Assembly: GCF_963921235.1 (NCBI RefSeq)
Contig: NC_086097.1
Location: 198,526,001-198,590,000, forward strand
Direction of reading: 5' to 3'
DNA: 64,000 nt
Source of the DNA: Mobula hypostoma
Taxonomy: Eukaryota
The notes beneath the pieces were generated by a model. It was given only the letters and a program-made list of their open reading frames with translations. It searched no databases and was not told where the DNA came from. The position numbers were made by a program, and so were the translations under genes. Position 1 is the first letter of the stretch. Each line of letters opens with the position of its first letter. Shown here piece after piece: positions 13,021-27,124 of this stretch.

Positions 13021-15776
13021 TTCACGTCAGATTATCCACTTCTACCTCAAAAGATTTGAGGATTTCGACATTTTTTTCTAACTTGCAGTACAGTTGGCAT
13101 TTTTCTAAGTTGCTGTACAGTTGGTTTTTGAGGAGATGCTGAAGGACTGAACAGACGTAGTCTTGGGGGTACTTGGAAAAGAAGAGGACATCGTCATGGT
13201 AGCATGTCTCCAAGGACCTCATGAATGAAGGCTTGGAAAACAGCTGGACTGTTGGGAAGTCAAAAGGTATCTCCAGGTGTTTGTAGTAGCCAGTGGGTGT
13301 TACGAACACTGTCTCTCACTCACCCCCCTGCAGATGCGGATCAGGTTGTACACACTCCAGTCCGGTGAAGTTCTGGACCCTGCAGAGCATTTTGAATGCT
13401 CTATCCATCAAGGGGAGGGGGCAGCAGTTCTTAATAGTGATTTTGTTGAGCCCACAGTAGTTGGTACAGGGTTAGATGTCCCCATTTTATCTTCTCACCA
13501 AGAAGAATCCTGCACCAGCTGGCAACTGAGATGGTCAAATGAAGCAGTGCTGTAGTGCTTCGGCGATGTGAAGTCAAGTCGAGTCACTTTTTATTGTCAT
13601 TTCGACCATAACTGCTGGTACAGTACACAGTAAAAACAAGACAGCGTTTTTCAGGACCATGGTGCTACTTGAAACAATACAAAAACTACACTGAACTACA
13701 TAAGACAACACAAAAATTACACTAGACTACAGACCTACCCAAGACTGCATAAAGTGCACAAAACAGTGCAGGCATTACAATAAATAATAAACAAGACGAT
13801 AGGCACAGTAGAGGGTAGTAGGTTGGTGTCAGTCCAGGCTCTGGGTACTGATGGCTTGGGGGAAGAAACTATTACATAGTCTGGTCGTGAGAGCCCGAAT
13901 GCTTTGTTGCCTTTTATCGGATGGCAGGAGGGTGAGGAGTTTATATGAGGGGTGCATGGGGTCCTTCACAATGCTGTTTGCTGTTTGCGGATGCAGCGTG
14001 TGGTGTGGTGTAGTCGTCCATAGCTTGAGTCTCAGGAGGGAAGGTCTCAGTGAGGTATGGTGCCTGGGAAGAAGTTGATCACGTAGCTGTGTGGTCTGTG
14101 AGGCAGCAGGGAAGCTGATGCCTATGTTCTGGTACTCCTGCGGGAGTTTGTGAGGTAAAGAGCTTCCACTGTCTCCAAGAATTTACGGGGTGAAGTCAAT
14201 TGAGGTTGCAAGCAGGTGCGTCCCCAGTTCAGAAATAAACCGGATGACCAGGTGAAGTGAGGGTCATGAGTGGAGAGCCAGGGGTAACCCAAGATGAGAG
14301 GAGTGTTGGGTGAGTCTGTAAGGAGAATTGGATGGACTTGCGATGTCCTCTGATTTCCATGTGCAAAGGGCATGAGTGCACTTTGGCCATCAATGGCCAT
14401 GACGCAGAAGGGGTGAGCGATAGGCTGTGTCGGGTCCAAGCTGCAAACACAGTCCGGTCCAGGAAGTTACCTGCTGCATCAGAATCCACCAGAGCCTCCT
14501 GTTCTCCTAGCCCACCAGGTTCTGGAGGACAGAGAAACTGAGTGGGGCTATGTTGCTGGAACAAGGGACCAGGACAGCCTACCAGATGGAAGGCCTCTTG
14601 TCTCTACCTGGTAGTGTTGTTTTCCCCAAGGCCTTGGACCTTTGATACTCTGCAGTAAGCGCACAAGTTGTATCTCCACCAAGGATCACACTCTTGGGGG
14701 ATTAAGGGAGCTCTCGTAAACTGCATGGCTTCTGCTGATTAGAGTCTTGCAGCCTGAAATGATTTGTGGAATGGAACTGAGGTTCTGGCTGATGATCCGG
14801 AGGGTCATTCCTTAAGATGCTTACCAATTTGGATGGCTAGAGTGATGAGGCTTTTGTGTTTGGTGGGCATCTCCCAGGTAGACAGCTTCCCTTTCAAGTG
14901 CTCCCAGAGGCTGTGATGGTCATGGGCCAGCAGCCATTCTACACTCCACCATGAGGGTCCTCAATTCCACGGTGTAATCCAACACCTTGTGTGGGCCTTG
15001 GTGCCGGCCATGTACCTGACCTGTTGCCTCTCTGCCACTTCCCAGATGATCGAAAGCCAGAGCACCTCAGCAGTGAATTCCTCATATTTATGGTTTCATT
15101 GTCTCAGTTAGAGGTGGCTCAGGTCAGAGCCTGGCCCATCAAAAGAGAGATAATGAAGGCAATCTTGGCTCAGTCCATAGAATATACTGATAGCTGTGGC
15201 TCAAAGTGCAAGATGTACTGGGACAGGAAGTTGTGGCAGTGGGCTGGTAAGTGTTCAGGTACTAGAATCCAGGAGTCTAAGGGAGGAGGCTGAGTGGCAG
15301 AAGTTGCTGTAACAAGCCGGAAGGTTGGCTGAGGGTGGAGAGCAGATAATTAGTGCTTTCCTACTGCTTCTGGATCATTGACTCATGTCAGCAGACAACT
15401 TCCTTTAGTCAGGCAAACTCTGCTGGGTCAGTCACTCTTTCACCCGTCCTGTTAGGAAATGTAGAGGAAGCTTGACCCAAACACAAAATAGCGGAGATGA
15501 CTTAGTGGTGACTGATCAATTTAATGATAAACTGCAAAATAACAAATCACGAGGTGCCACTAAACAAGACAGAGCAAATGCAGAACACCAAAAGGTAACA
15601 AAGTAACTGAAGACTAGGGGCAACTGGTGTGGCTGGCTGCTTCAATGGGTGAACAAGGGCATATGGATGAGAGCTCGGTTTAAATAGGCTGCAGGTGATT
15701 AGTTGGAAAACGAATGGCAGGTGACTCTTGTTAGCTGGGTGGACACTGGGATGTGCCTGCCTGTGCAGGCCTGACA
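13021..15776 (-). mobile_element. Ty3/Gypsy (Sushi-like) relic: 5' LTR, gag, protease, RT, start of RNase H
   Basis: LTR 15450-15776 with TGTCAGG...CCTAACA termini. Gag KIAFIISLLMGQAL, protease ALVDSDAAGNF, ILGYPWLSTHDP, RT FVTPTGYY, RNase H FEVEVD. Confidence 0.85.
13571..14010 (-). mobile_element. Rex1/Babar-type LINE 3' fragment nested in Gypsy
   Basis: (TTGAC)n tail at 13571-13586. C-terminal coding remnant like other Rex-type copies. Confidence 0.7.
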
Positions 15777-16227
15777 GTTGCATTAGAATGCTACAGCTGG
15801 TTTTAATGCTTTCAAACCTGCAATGAAAGAAATCAGACTTGATTGAAATAGTTCTGGTTAAAATGACAGAGAATTTCCTACAGTTTATATTATCATATTT
15901 TGTCTGGTTTATTATAATGACATCTTCATTTTAGTGTGTATATGAGTTTTATTAATAACCTATCTTATTCACTTACGGTGTTAATTATTCAAAATAAATG
16001 ACACAATTCAGTAGCACTAAGAAAATCCAAGACAGCCTCCTGGGAGGAGAGATCTGGTGCTACTTCTCCTCTGTAATACTTTGGAACTAACTGCTCACAC
16101 GATGTCATGATGAGAAAAAAATAAGCCTCTTAAAATTTATATCTGGATAAGTCTTTTTTTAATATACAGTATTTCTGGTTTTTGCATTTTTTTAAAAATC
16201 CGTTCAATACAAGGATACTGCAATTGA

Positions 16228-16240
16228 TTTACTTACTTAC

Positions 16241-16271
<31 letters not shown>

Positions 16272-16378
16272 TTTTCTCTTCTATATTATGTATTGCATTG
16301 AACTGCTGCTGGTAAGTTAACAAATTTCATGTTACATACCGGTGATAATAAACCTGATTTTGATTCTGATTCCGATTC
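16228..16378 (+). mobile_element. (TATT)n plus LINE-type 3' tail ending in (GATTCT)n
   Basis: Tetranucleotide run followed by aataaa and tandem gattct/gattcc. Confidence 0.55.
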
Positions 16379-17221
16379 GGTGTCTTCTAACAGTAAACAT
16401 GGCACCTGCGTGACATGAATTTGTATTCCCTATGATCTATTAACTTTGCTGAATGACAAACTTTTTTGTAAATGATATTTCCTGAGGTAAGCTGGCTTGA
16501 CTTCCTGGCAACCCTCTGCCTCCCCTTTCCACAAACACCCACGTGCACATTCATGCCCATTGCCTATGCTGACACTAGAACCATTGCAGCTAAAACCATT
16601 GATTCAGTTCTTCCCGCTTCCTGACTGAGATGGCAGCACGGGTGTGCTACTGGCAAGGAAACTCATAAAACTCCAAGGTTTCCGGCAGAAGTACAAAATA
16701 TTTTTTGTTTACTCATATAAAGTATTCTTCTATTTTCTTCCTGAGCCAATTATCAAACCCTTAACCCAACCCAATCTTTGCCTTTTCTTAGACCTGGGAA
16801 AAAGAGGCATGGGGTGCTCTGATTTTTACAAGGAAAGGACTTGCATTTAAAGGTAGCCCTTTACAAAATCAAGACTTTGTAAAGCTCTTTGCTGCTAATG
16901 AGAGGTTTTTTAAACATTCATTGTTATACTGTAGGAATCATTGTGCCTGCAATGTAGACAGCACGATCCTTTGAGCAGAAGTGTGATAATGATGTTGCCT
17001 GTGGAATAATAATTGGGACAACTCCCTTGTTCTTCTCCAACTTTGTACAAGAAGATCTTTTGGCCTTTGTTTGGTGCCTCATGCTAAAGATGGCATTTGC
17101 AACAATCCAATTCTATGCTAGTTTCTTAGCCTAGATTTAACCTTCTGAGTTTGAGCTGACAATGGATAAGAGTTCTCACCACCAAATGTTTTGGGCTCTT
17201 TTGCATATGATTGAGGAGGTT

Positions 17222-17226
<5 letters not shown>

Positions 17227-17262
<36 letters not shown>
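17227..17262. repeat. (GT)n microsatellite
   Basis: Directly visible. Confidence 0.95.
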
Positions 17263-17263
<1 letters not shown>

Positions 17264-18179
17264 GGGGGAATCCCCAGTTTTAATCTTTTCTGATTCATTT
17301 CATTAACATAGCATGTTTAATTTCCATTGTAGACAGGAGCCTATTGAGAGTGAGCACTAAGAAAATCCAAGGCAGCCTCCTGGGAGCAGAGATCTGGTGC
17401 ACTTCTCCTCTGTAATACTTTGGACAGACTGCTCACTCGATGTCATGATGAGAAAAAAATGAGCCCCATAAAATTTACACACTGTGAAAAATATTTACTA
17501 TAAAATGTTAAAAAGGTGCATAAATTATTAATGTTAAACAGTGAAACGCTCTCAGTATGCAACAGCACGAAGCAGGAGAGACAGGAACATATGTATTGAT
17601 AGACTGACTTAAACTGCTACATCAATCCTAGTCAATGACCCCTGTAATGTTATGGGCCTATACAGTATCTATGGACTAATTTGGATGTTGAATGTGAGTT
17701 AGATTTGCACTAATAAAGCACCTTCATGACCTCAGGTAATCTCAAAGCAATCAATACAAAATAAATGCTCCAGAGTATCGTTATTGTTAATTCCTACACT
17801 ACAATAGTGTCTACACTTGAAAAGTACTTCATTGGTTATAAAATGCTTCGGCACTTTCTGAAGCCATGTAAGGCACTATATCAACACCTATATTGTTCTT
17901 TCACATTTAACCCATCTCCTACTTCTGAACTAGTTTATAAATGTACCACGAACCTGAATCATTACTATGGCTTATTGGTTACGATTAATGCAGTTATAAA
18001 ATTGGGCTTTGAACACTCTCGATTTGGATTTTTCTGTTTTATGCTGTCACAAAAGGAGAGCACTCTCCTTACAGAATATCAGTTCCTAATATTTTTCTGT
18101 AGATTCTGCTCACACTATGTACATTATAGAAAACTGATTCTGTGGTATACAAAATTGGATTCCAAGACAGTTGATATCC

Positions 18180-18880
18180 AAAGTTCAAAGTAAATTTATT
18201 ATCAATGTACATTAGTGTCACCATTTACAATCCTAAGATTAATTTTCTTCCGGGCAATCATAGTAAATATAAGAGACAAAATAGAATCTATGAAAGACTG
18301 CACCTAACAGGACAGACAAACAACCAATGTGCAAAAAATAACAACAAACTGCAAATGCAAAAAGAAAGAGGAAAAAAAGAAATAATAAGAATAATAAATA
18401 AATAAGCAACAAATACAGAGAACATGAGATGAAGAGTCCCCGACAATGAGTCCATAGGTTGTGGGAACAGTTCAGTGGCGGGGCAAATGAAGTTGAGTGA
18501 AGTTATCCCCTCTGGTTCAAGCAGCTGATGGTTGAGAGTTAATATGTGATGGTTGTTCTTGACCCTGGTGGTCCTGAGGCTCCTGTACCTTCTTCCTGAT
18601 GACAGCAGCGAGAAGAGAGCGTGGCCTGGATGGCGGGGGTGATTGATGCTGCTTTTCACATGACAGCTCTCCGTATAGGTGTGCTCAATGGTGGGGAGGG
18701 CTTTACCCATGATGGACTGGTATCCACTACTTTTTGTAGGATTTTCCGTACAAGGGCATTGGTGTTTCCATACCAGGCCATGATGCAACCGGTCAATATG
18801 CCTCCTCCACACGTCTATAGAAGTTTGTCAAAATTTTAGATGGCACGCCAAGTCTTCGCAAAGTTGTATGAAAGTAGCGT
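18180..18880 (-). mobile_element. Rex1/Babar-type LINE 3' fragment
   Basis: HPGHALFSLLSSGRRYRSLRT motif and a (TTGAAC)n-type tail near 18180. Confidence 0.8.
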
Positions 18881-19020
18881 ATGTTAGAAATAACAATAAA
18901 GTAAAAACTGAGTTGGGTTGGTGGAGGAGGGCTGATGATCAGCAGTGACATAGAGAGGATGTAAATATATAAGATAACCCTGGAAATGAAATATTACTCA
19001 AGGGAATTGTAGGGAATAAT

Positions 19021-20730
19021 CATAAGACCATAAGACCATAAGACAAAGGAGCAGAAGTGGGCCATTTGGCCCATCGAGTCTGCTCCGCCATTTTATCATT
19101 TTCTCCTATTTAGTCCCACTCCCCTGCCTTCTCACCATAACCTTTGATGCCCTGGTTACTCAGATACATATCAATCTCTGCCTTAACCCAATGATTTGGC
19201 CTCCACTGCTGCCCGTGGCAACGAATTCCATAGATTCACCACCCTCTGACTAAAAAAATTTCTTCGCATTTCTGTTCTGAAAGGGCGCCCTTCAATCCTT
19301 AAGTTATGCCCTCTCGTACTAGACTCCCCCATCATGGGAAACAACTTTGCCACATCCACTCTGTCCATGCCTTTTAACGTTCGAAATGCTTCTATGAGGT
19401 CTCCCCTCATTCTTCTAAACTCCAAGGAATACAGCCCAAGAGCGGACAAATGTTCCTCATATGTTAACCCTTTCATTCCCGGAATCATTCTAGTGAATCT
19501 TCTCTGTACCCTCTCCAACGTCAGCACATCCTTTCTTAAATAAGGAGACCAAAACTGCCCACAGTACTCCAAGTGAGGTCTCACCAGCGCCTTATAGAGC
19601 CTCAACATCACATCCCTGCTCCTATACTCTATTCCTCTAGAAATGAATGCCAACATTGCATTCGCCTTCTTCACTACTGACTCAACCTGGAGGTTAACTT
19701 TAAGGGTATCCTGTATGAGGACTCCCAAGTCCCGTTGCATCTCAGAACTTTGAATTCTTTCCCCATTTAAATAATAGTCTGCCCGTTTATTTTTTCTGCC
19801 AAAGTGCATAACCATACACTTTCCAACATTGTACCTCATTTGCCACTTCTCTGCCCATTCTTCCAATCTATCCAAGTCTCTCTGCAGACTCTCCGTTTCC
19901 TCAGCACTACCGGCTCCTCCACCTATCTTCGTATCGTCAGCAAACTTAGCCACAAAGCCATCTATTCCGTAATCTAAATCGTTGATGTACAATGTAAAAA
20001 AAAGCGGCCCCAACACTGATCCCTGCGGAACACCACTGGTAACCGGCAGCCAACCAGAATAGGATCCCTTTATTCCCACTCTCTGTTTCCTGCCAATCAG
20101 CCAACACTCTATCCACGTATGTAACTTTCCCGTAATTCCATGGGCTCTTATCTTGTTAAGTAGCCTCATGTGTGGCACCTTGTCAAAGGCTTTCTGAAAA
20201 TCCAAATATACAACATCCACTGCATCTCCCTTGTCTAGCCTACTGGTAATTTCCTCAAAAAATTGTAATAGGTTTGTCAGGCAGGATTTTCCTTTAAGGA
20301 ATCAATGCTGAGTTCTGCCTATCTTGTCATATGCCTCCAGGTACTCCGTAACCTCATCCTTGAGAATCGACTCCAACAACTTCCCAACCACAGATATCAA
20401 GCTAATAGGTCTATAATTTCCTTTTTGCTTCCTTGCCCCCTTCTTAAATAGCGGAGTGACAATTGCAATCTTCCAGTCCTCCGGAACCATGCCAGAATCT
20501 ATCGACTTTTGAAAGATCATCGCTAATGCCACCGCAATCTCCACAGCTACTTCCTTCAGAACACGTGGGTGCACTCCATCTGGTCCGGGAGAATTATCTA
20601 CCTTTAGCCTATTCAACTTCCTGAGTACTTTCTCTGTCGTAATTGTGACTGCGCACACTTCTCTTCCCTGCCACCCTTGAGTGTCCGGTATCCTGCTGTC
20701 TTCCTCAGTGAAGACTGATGCAAAATACTG
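19021..20730 (-). mobile_element. CR1/L3 LINE ORF2 RT fragment with octamer tail
   Basis: ORFs 20302-20757 and 19183-20220 (YLDFQKAFDKV, GVPQGSVLGP, FADDTK). cataagac x3 at 19021-19043. Confidence 0.95.
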
Positions 20731-22821
20731 ATGGCCTGGAGGAAATAGAAATTGCATAAATAAGGATAGGGATAAAGATGGAAAATGCAGCTAGTTGCAG
20801 TTCATTGGCCTTAGATCAAAGGTTAATCTCTTGGAACAAGTATTAGTTAAGATATAACAACAAAGTAGATGCAATGAAGTTACTACTTTATTCATATAAG
20901 CTAAGCAAGTAAAGTTTGCAGAGATAGTTTGGAAGATGTCCAGCTAATGAATTTCTGCAGTTAGTTATTATCTATATAATGACTTATGAGGCTTAGAATT
21001 TGCAGATAACACAAGGCTGAATGGGAAAGGGACCTGTGGAGATGCCAATATTCTGCAAAGGGATGCAGGCTGTTTGTTAAGTAGGTGGCACGAAGAAGGC
21101 AGTTGGCGTATATTGCAGGATAATGTTTCCCTCTTGGAAATATCCTTCCTGACCGTGTCTCATGCCACACATTCTATTTTCTCTTTTCCCTGCATCTGCA
21201 TCTCTAAATTAGTTGTGTCTGCAGCTGTCAACTCATCAGCTTCTTTGTTGTGGAATATCCTCTGATGGAATGAGGAGTGGCCAGACACACAGGGACAAGT
21301 AATGCAAACTTATGATTTGTAGACCTCTTGAAGCCCATAATAACAACCTCCATGTGTTCAGGTTCTCCATTATTCCATTATTATATACATATGTGTGCCA
21401 GTTACCATTTTGAAGTGAAGAAATGTAACAAACTGTGCCTATCTGAACTGAGAATTATTATTGGAACCAGTTTCTTAAGAAGGTCATGTATCAAAACAAC
21501 TGATTCTCAAACTCTTCCCCCGCCCCCCTTGATCTGTTCTATAATGGTGTAAGACCCAACTGGTCGGACACCAACTTTCCCGTGTCACTGTCAATTAAAA
21601 GGTGGAAGAATACTATTCGTGGCTGGAAGAAAGTCAATCTTTTGTTAGGGAGAGGTAGCCACATTCCCACTTGCAAAGGAGAAGTAGTAACATTTCAGGC
21701 CAGTAAGAAATCTCTAGCTATTACTTTCATATATAATGCTCATATGCTGGGCAGGACATCAATTAGGACATCTGGCTGCAGTAACTTCAAAGTTACCACC
21801 CTGTGGCCTCACTTTAAACAAATCTGACTCACCAATGATTCATGCCTCCTGCAGATGGGTCTGATCTTACTCACTCCTAGTTAGGATTCACTGCAATCTG
21901 ATATGGTATACTCATATGGAGTGTTAACTTGCCATGCACCTTCAAGGACTGTTCTTTGATCTCATATGATATATTTGCAGGAGCTGATAGAATTAGCAGG
22001 ATCAATAATATTTCATACGTCTCTCCTCCTGTCACTTCCTCTTCTCTTGCATCTCATGTTTTTTCTCTGCTCACTGTCCTCCCAAAGAGCCTTGATGATT
22101 GTCACTTGCCTTAAAAACTACTCCCACTTGTTCAATGTAGGGGGAAAATGGCTGAGTCTGCTCATACATCAAGTTCACTGACATATCTAACATATTCATT
22201 GCCTGCTAACATCATTGTTGTCCTCTCCACAGAGAACTCTGTTTCCAACTTCCCTTGCACTCAATCACTGTTCTGCTGCACTTCCAAGGAGTAACAGCCG
22301 ATCTGCAGTGTTGGTATAGTGTTGTAAGCTCTTATTATGTTGCTGCAAATGAAAGAGAACGGACTGCGATGTTACCATTTGGCCACTTTCTGATTATTTC
22401 ATTAAAGCACCAGAGGGGTTTGCGACAGTTTCATGTATCCTTTTGTACAGAACATTTAATGCTAATTGCCAAAGAAGTGTTGAGGATTAAAATAAATTAA
22501 TTTCTCCACTGCCGTCACATTCCCAGGGAAATTGGCAGTCTAGGAGATTCCACAACCTCCCAGAATTGTGCAGACACCCACAAACAGAGTGATTAATAAG
22601 GCAGTATCGCTAGGTCAGGATAGCTGACTATACAATGAGCTCTAGACACAGAAGATTGTCTTTATTACCCTTAATCATTCAACGAAAGTACAAATGTCGC
22701 ATAGCAAAAGCAATGACTATTTAAGTTTCTTCCTTTTAATAAATTTCCAAAAAAATTAATGTATATCTGGAAGGCTCTTGAAAAATCAAAACTATAAAAT
22801 TTGCAATCGTTCTCCACATAC

Positions 22822-22984
22822 GTTTTGATTTGGAAAATCCACATCCTTTGCACCCTCAAGCAATAGATTAAAGTGGAGTTTTTCACAATATTCATTTTTT
22901 TGATTTCCACATGCACAAATAATATTATTACTATCATAGCTAAATACCAGAGACAAATCAAGCAGATGTTCTTGAACGTGACCT
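22822..22984 (-). CDS. Candidate internal coding exon, product unknown
   Basis: Acceptor ctcttttcaccag| and donor |gtatgt frame 163 bp (1 nt + 54 open codons: GHVQEHLLDLSLVFSYDSNNIICACGNQKNEYCEKLHFNLLLEGAKDVDFPNQN) in non-repeat DNA. No homology recognised. Confidence 0.35.
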
Positions 22985-23164
22985 CTGGTGAAAAGAGGTT
23001 ATCTTTAACACAACATTTTAACAGAATGTTTATTGCTTATTTTAGAGTATAGCTTCTTGCTCCTGGTCTACAGCAAGTTCAATCCAAATCTATGAAAAAG
23101 GAGGTGTTGGCAATCTGAGGCACATAAAATTGAATGAATTTCTAGGGCCTGATCAGTTGTATCC

Positions 23165-24245
23165 CAAGGGATTATGCAAAACGAAAGATGAAATTGATGA
23201 AACTGACAACAGAGCAGCAATGGCTGGAATTTGTGGAAGCAATTTGGAAGGTGCAGGATATATACATCCCAAAGAGGAAGGATTCCAAAGGCAAGATGAC
23301 ACAACTGTGGCTAACAAGAGAAGTCAAAGCCAACATAGAATTCAAGGAGAGGGCATATAATAGAGTAAAAATTATTGGGATTTTAGAGGATTAGGAAGCT
23401 TTTAAAAATCAACAGAAGGGAACTAAAAAAAGCCATCAAGAAGGTAAGGATGGAATACAAAAATAAGCTAGCCAATAGTATTAAAGAAGGTACCAAAAGT
23501 TTCTTCACATACAGAAAGTGTAAAAGGAATGGCAAAAGGTATTTAACTCAGACAAATGTGAAATGGTACTTTTTGGCAAGTTAAACCAGGGTAGGGCATA
23601 CTCAGTGAATGGCAGAGCAACGGGGAGTATTTTTGAACAGAGAGACTTCAGAGTGTAAGTACAGGGTCCTGTGAAAGTGACAATAAAGATAGATAGGCTA
23701 GTGAGAACAGATCAAGGCACTGAGTACAAGACTTAGGAAGTCACCTTATTATTGCACAAAATGTTGATTTAGCTGCTTGGGAATATTGTGTACTGTTATG
23801 GTCACCACAATATAAGAAGGATGTGATTTAGGTAAAGAGCAAGGTGAAAAGATTCATGTCGCCTAGTTTGGAGGTAATAAGTTATGACTATTTTGTTTAG
23901 AGTGAACGACGCTGAGAGATGAAATAAAATAATGACTGGCATGGATAGAGTAGTTTGTCACAGTCTTTAACCTGGGGTAGGAGAGTCTAAAAGAAGAAGC
24001 CATAGATTTCAGATGACAGGAGAAATGTTTAGATGACATCTGAGATGCATGTTTTCCACATGGGTACATTGAATGAGCTGCCAGAGATAGATACAATTAG
24101 CTGGTGCAGTGCATGGATAGGAAAGATTTGGTGGGGTAGAGGCCAAATGCAGGCAAATGAGATTAGCTGGATAAGAATCTTGATTGGCATGGACAAGTTG
24201 TGCCCAATAGAACTTAAATGTTTGTTCTGTACAACTCTATGAATC
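23165..24245 (+). mobile_element. Degraded CR1 ORF2 fragments
   Basis: YIPKRKDSKGKMTQLWLTREVK followed by decayed C-terminal and 3' UTR sequence. Confidence 0.75.
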
Positions 24246-24437
24246 TCAATGAATTAGTATGTTAAAAACGCATGAGATCCAAATGCAAATCACTTAACAA
24301 GGATGTCTACTAATCATGCAACTTGTTATACAAGTAGTATAAGCCTAGGCTGTTTTTCTTTTCCAGCTGTTGAACAAACCTTAAGTGTTTCATATGTGGA
24401 CATATTTAGAAAGTGTTTTCCCTAATAATTATGTAAA

Positions 24438-25175
24438 TATAGAGTCATAGAACATGACAGCACAGAAACAAGCCGTTAGCCCATCTAATACATACCGAAC
24501 TATTAATTTGCTGAGTCCCATCGAGCTGTACCTGGACCATAGCCTTCCACACCCCTCCCATCCACGTACCTATTCAAATTTCTCTTATATGTTGAACACG
24601 CACCCACCACTTCCTCATCCAGCTCATTCCACACTCTCACCACCATCTGATTGAAGAAGTTCCCACTCATGTTCCCTTTAAATATTTCACCTTTCATCTT
24701 TAACCCATGACTTCTAGTTCTAGTCTCAACCAACTTCAGTGGAAAATGCCTGACTGCATTTACCCTATCAATACCCCTCGTAATTCTGTATACCTCTATC
24801 GAATCTCCTCTCATTCTCCTATGCTCCATGGAATTAAGTCTTAACCTATTCACCCTTTCCTTATATCTCAGGTCTTCAAGTAATGGCAACATCCTTATAA
24901 ATTTTCTCTGCACTCCTTGAATTTTATTGACATTTATCCTGTAGGTAAGTGACCAGAATTGCCCACAATACTCCAAATTAGTCCTCACCAATACATCTTC
25001 ATATATCTTCATCTCCAATACGTCTCATACATCTTCAACATAACATCTCAGCTCCTGAACTTAATACTTTGATTGATAAAGTCAATGTGCCAAAAGCTTT
25101 CTTTATGACCCTATATCAGCACTTTCAACAAATTATGGATCTGTATTCCCAGATCCCTCTGTTCTACCACACTCA
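24438..25175 (-). mobile_element. CR1 3' fragment
   Basis: ORF 24503-25018 (LEYCGQFWS, RRMRGDSIEVY). Confidence 0.88.
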
Positions 25176-27124
25176 AGTTTAACATGTGGCTAGAGAATTG
25201 GTGGAGAAGGGAAGGCTTCAGATTTTTGGATCATTGGCCTCTGTTTCAGAGAAGGTGAGACCTGTTTGCATGTAAACCGGAGGGGGACTACTATCTGAGC
25301 AGAAAGGTTTGCTCGTTTTACATGGTGGGAGGGAGGGGATATGGTTTAAATTAGAGTTGCAGGGAAATTGGAACCCGATCACCAGAGCAGATAGTGGAGT
25401 GGTTATGGAGAAAGATGTTGTTAAGCCTACGTACAAGGTCAGAAATCAAAAGGTTGAGCAGGTTCTGAGTGGCATATGTTTTAATACAATGAGTGTTGCA
25501 GTGAGACGGGTGAGCTTAGGATATGGATCGGCGCATGGCATTATGACATTGTAGCCATTAATGAGACTTGATTGCAGGTAGGGCAGGATTGACAGCTCAG
25601 TGATCCAGGGTTTGTTGTTTTAGATGTGATGGAGCAGGAGGAATTAAAGGGAGATTGGTGGTATTACTAGCCAGGGAAACTGTACTCAGTCAGGATGGAC
25701 TGGTGAGCTCATCTAATGAGGCTTGATGGGTGGAACTGTGGAGTTAATGGGGCTATATTGTAGTCCACCCAACAGTCTGCAGGATTTAAATGAACAAATT
25801 AGTAGAGAGATCGCAGATTGTTGCAAGAAACATAGGGGTGTGATAGTAGGTGATTTCAACTTTCCACATATTTACTGGCCCTACCATATTATAAAAGGAC
25901 TAGTTGGGATAAAGTTTGTCATATGTGCTCAGGGAAGTACATTAAAGTCCCAATGAGAGAGTGTGCAGTACTTGATCTCCTATGGGGAATGAGACAAGGC
26001 AGGTGACAGAAGTGTGTGTAGGGGAACACATTGCATCTAGTGATCATTAAGCCAGTACTTTCAAGGTAAATATGGAAAAGGATAGGTCTGGACCTCAGAC
26101 TGAGATTGTAAAAATTGGAGAAAGGGCAAGTTTGATGGTATCGGATAGGATCTGATAAGTGTGGCTGTTTCTGGCAAAGGTGTACTTGGTAAGTGGGTGG
26201 CCTTCAAAAAAGAAATCTGAGAGTGCAAAGCTTGTCTATGCCTGTCAGAATAAAAGGCAAGGATGACAGGTTTAAGGAACCTTGGTTTTCAAGAGATATT
26301 GAGGCCCCAGTTAAGAAAAAAATAAAGGAGATGCATAACAGGCAGGTAGGAGTAATTGAGGTGCTTGAAGAGTTTAAGAAATGCAAGACAATAAAGAAAA
26401 AACTCAGGAGGACTAAAAGAAAGCATGAGGTTGCTATAGCAAACACAGTGAAGGAGAATCCTAAGGGATTCTACAGAAATGTTAAGTGCAAAAGGATAGC
26501 AAGGGACAAAATTGGTCCTCAGGGTGATCAGAATGGTAATCCATGTGTGGAGCAAAAAGAGATGAGAGAGACTTTAATTGTACTTTTTGCATCTTTCTTT
26601 ACTAGGAAGACAGACACAGAGTGTATAGAAGTGAGGAAAAGCAGCAGTGAGGTCATGGACCCTATACAGATTACAGAGGTGGAGGTGTTTGCTGTCTTGG
26701 AGCAAATCAGAGTAGACAAATCCCCAGGGTCTGATAAGGTGTTCCTTTGAACCCTGTGGGAGGAAAGTGCAGAAATTGCAGGGCCTCTAGCAGAGCTATT
26801 TAAATCATCCTTAGTGACAGCCTGAAGGATTGGAGGATAGCTAATGTTGTTCTGCTGTTTAAGAAAGGCTCTAAGCATAAACCAGGAAATTTTATGCCGA
26901 TGGTCCTAACATCGGTTGTGGGTAAGTTATAGCAAGGTATTCTAAGGAGCTGGATATATGAGTATTGGATAGACAGGGCTTGATCTGGGATAGAAGAGGA
27001 ACAATGTGCCTGGAGCTGGAGGAAGCAGAGGAGGTCCTTAATGAATACTTTGCTTCTGTATTCACCAGTGAGAGGCAGCTTGGGCAGTGTAAAACAGGCT
27101 GATATGCAGGAACTGTGAGGGCCA
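25176..27124 (+). mobile_element. Degraded CR1 (end of ORF1, endonuclease, start of RT)
   Basis: VIVGDFNFPHI, KENPKGFY, DKSPGSD. Confidence 0.85.

Larger units (their letters stand above)
16013..17477 (+). repeat. Dispersed ~125-bp direct repeat pair (16013-16139 and 17353-17477)
   Basis: agcactaagaaaatccaag...gatgtcatgatgagaaaaaaat...taaaattta occurs twice, roughly 88% identical by eye. Confidence 0.9.

Noticed and set aside
16105..16150. ATGATGA as a snoRNA box C in the duplicated segment
   Set aside because: No conserved box D or terminal stem in both copies.
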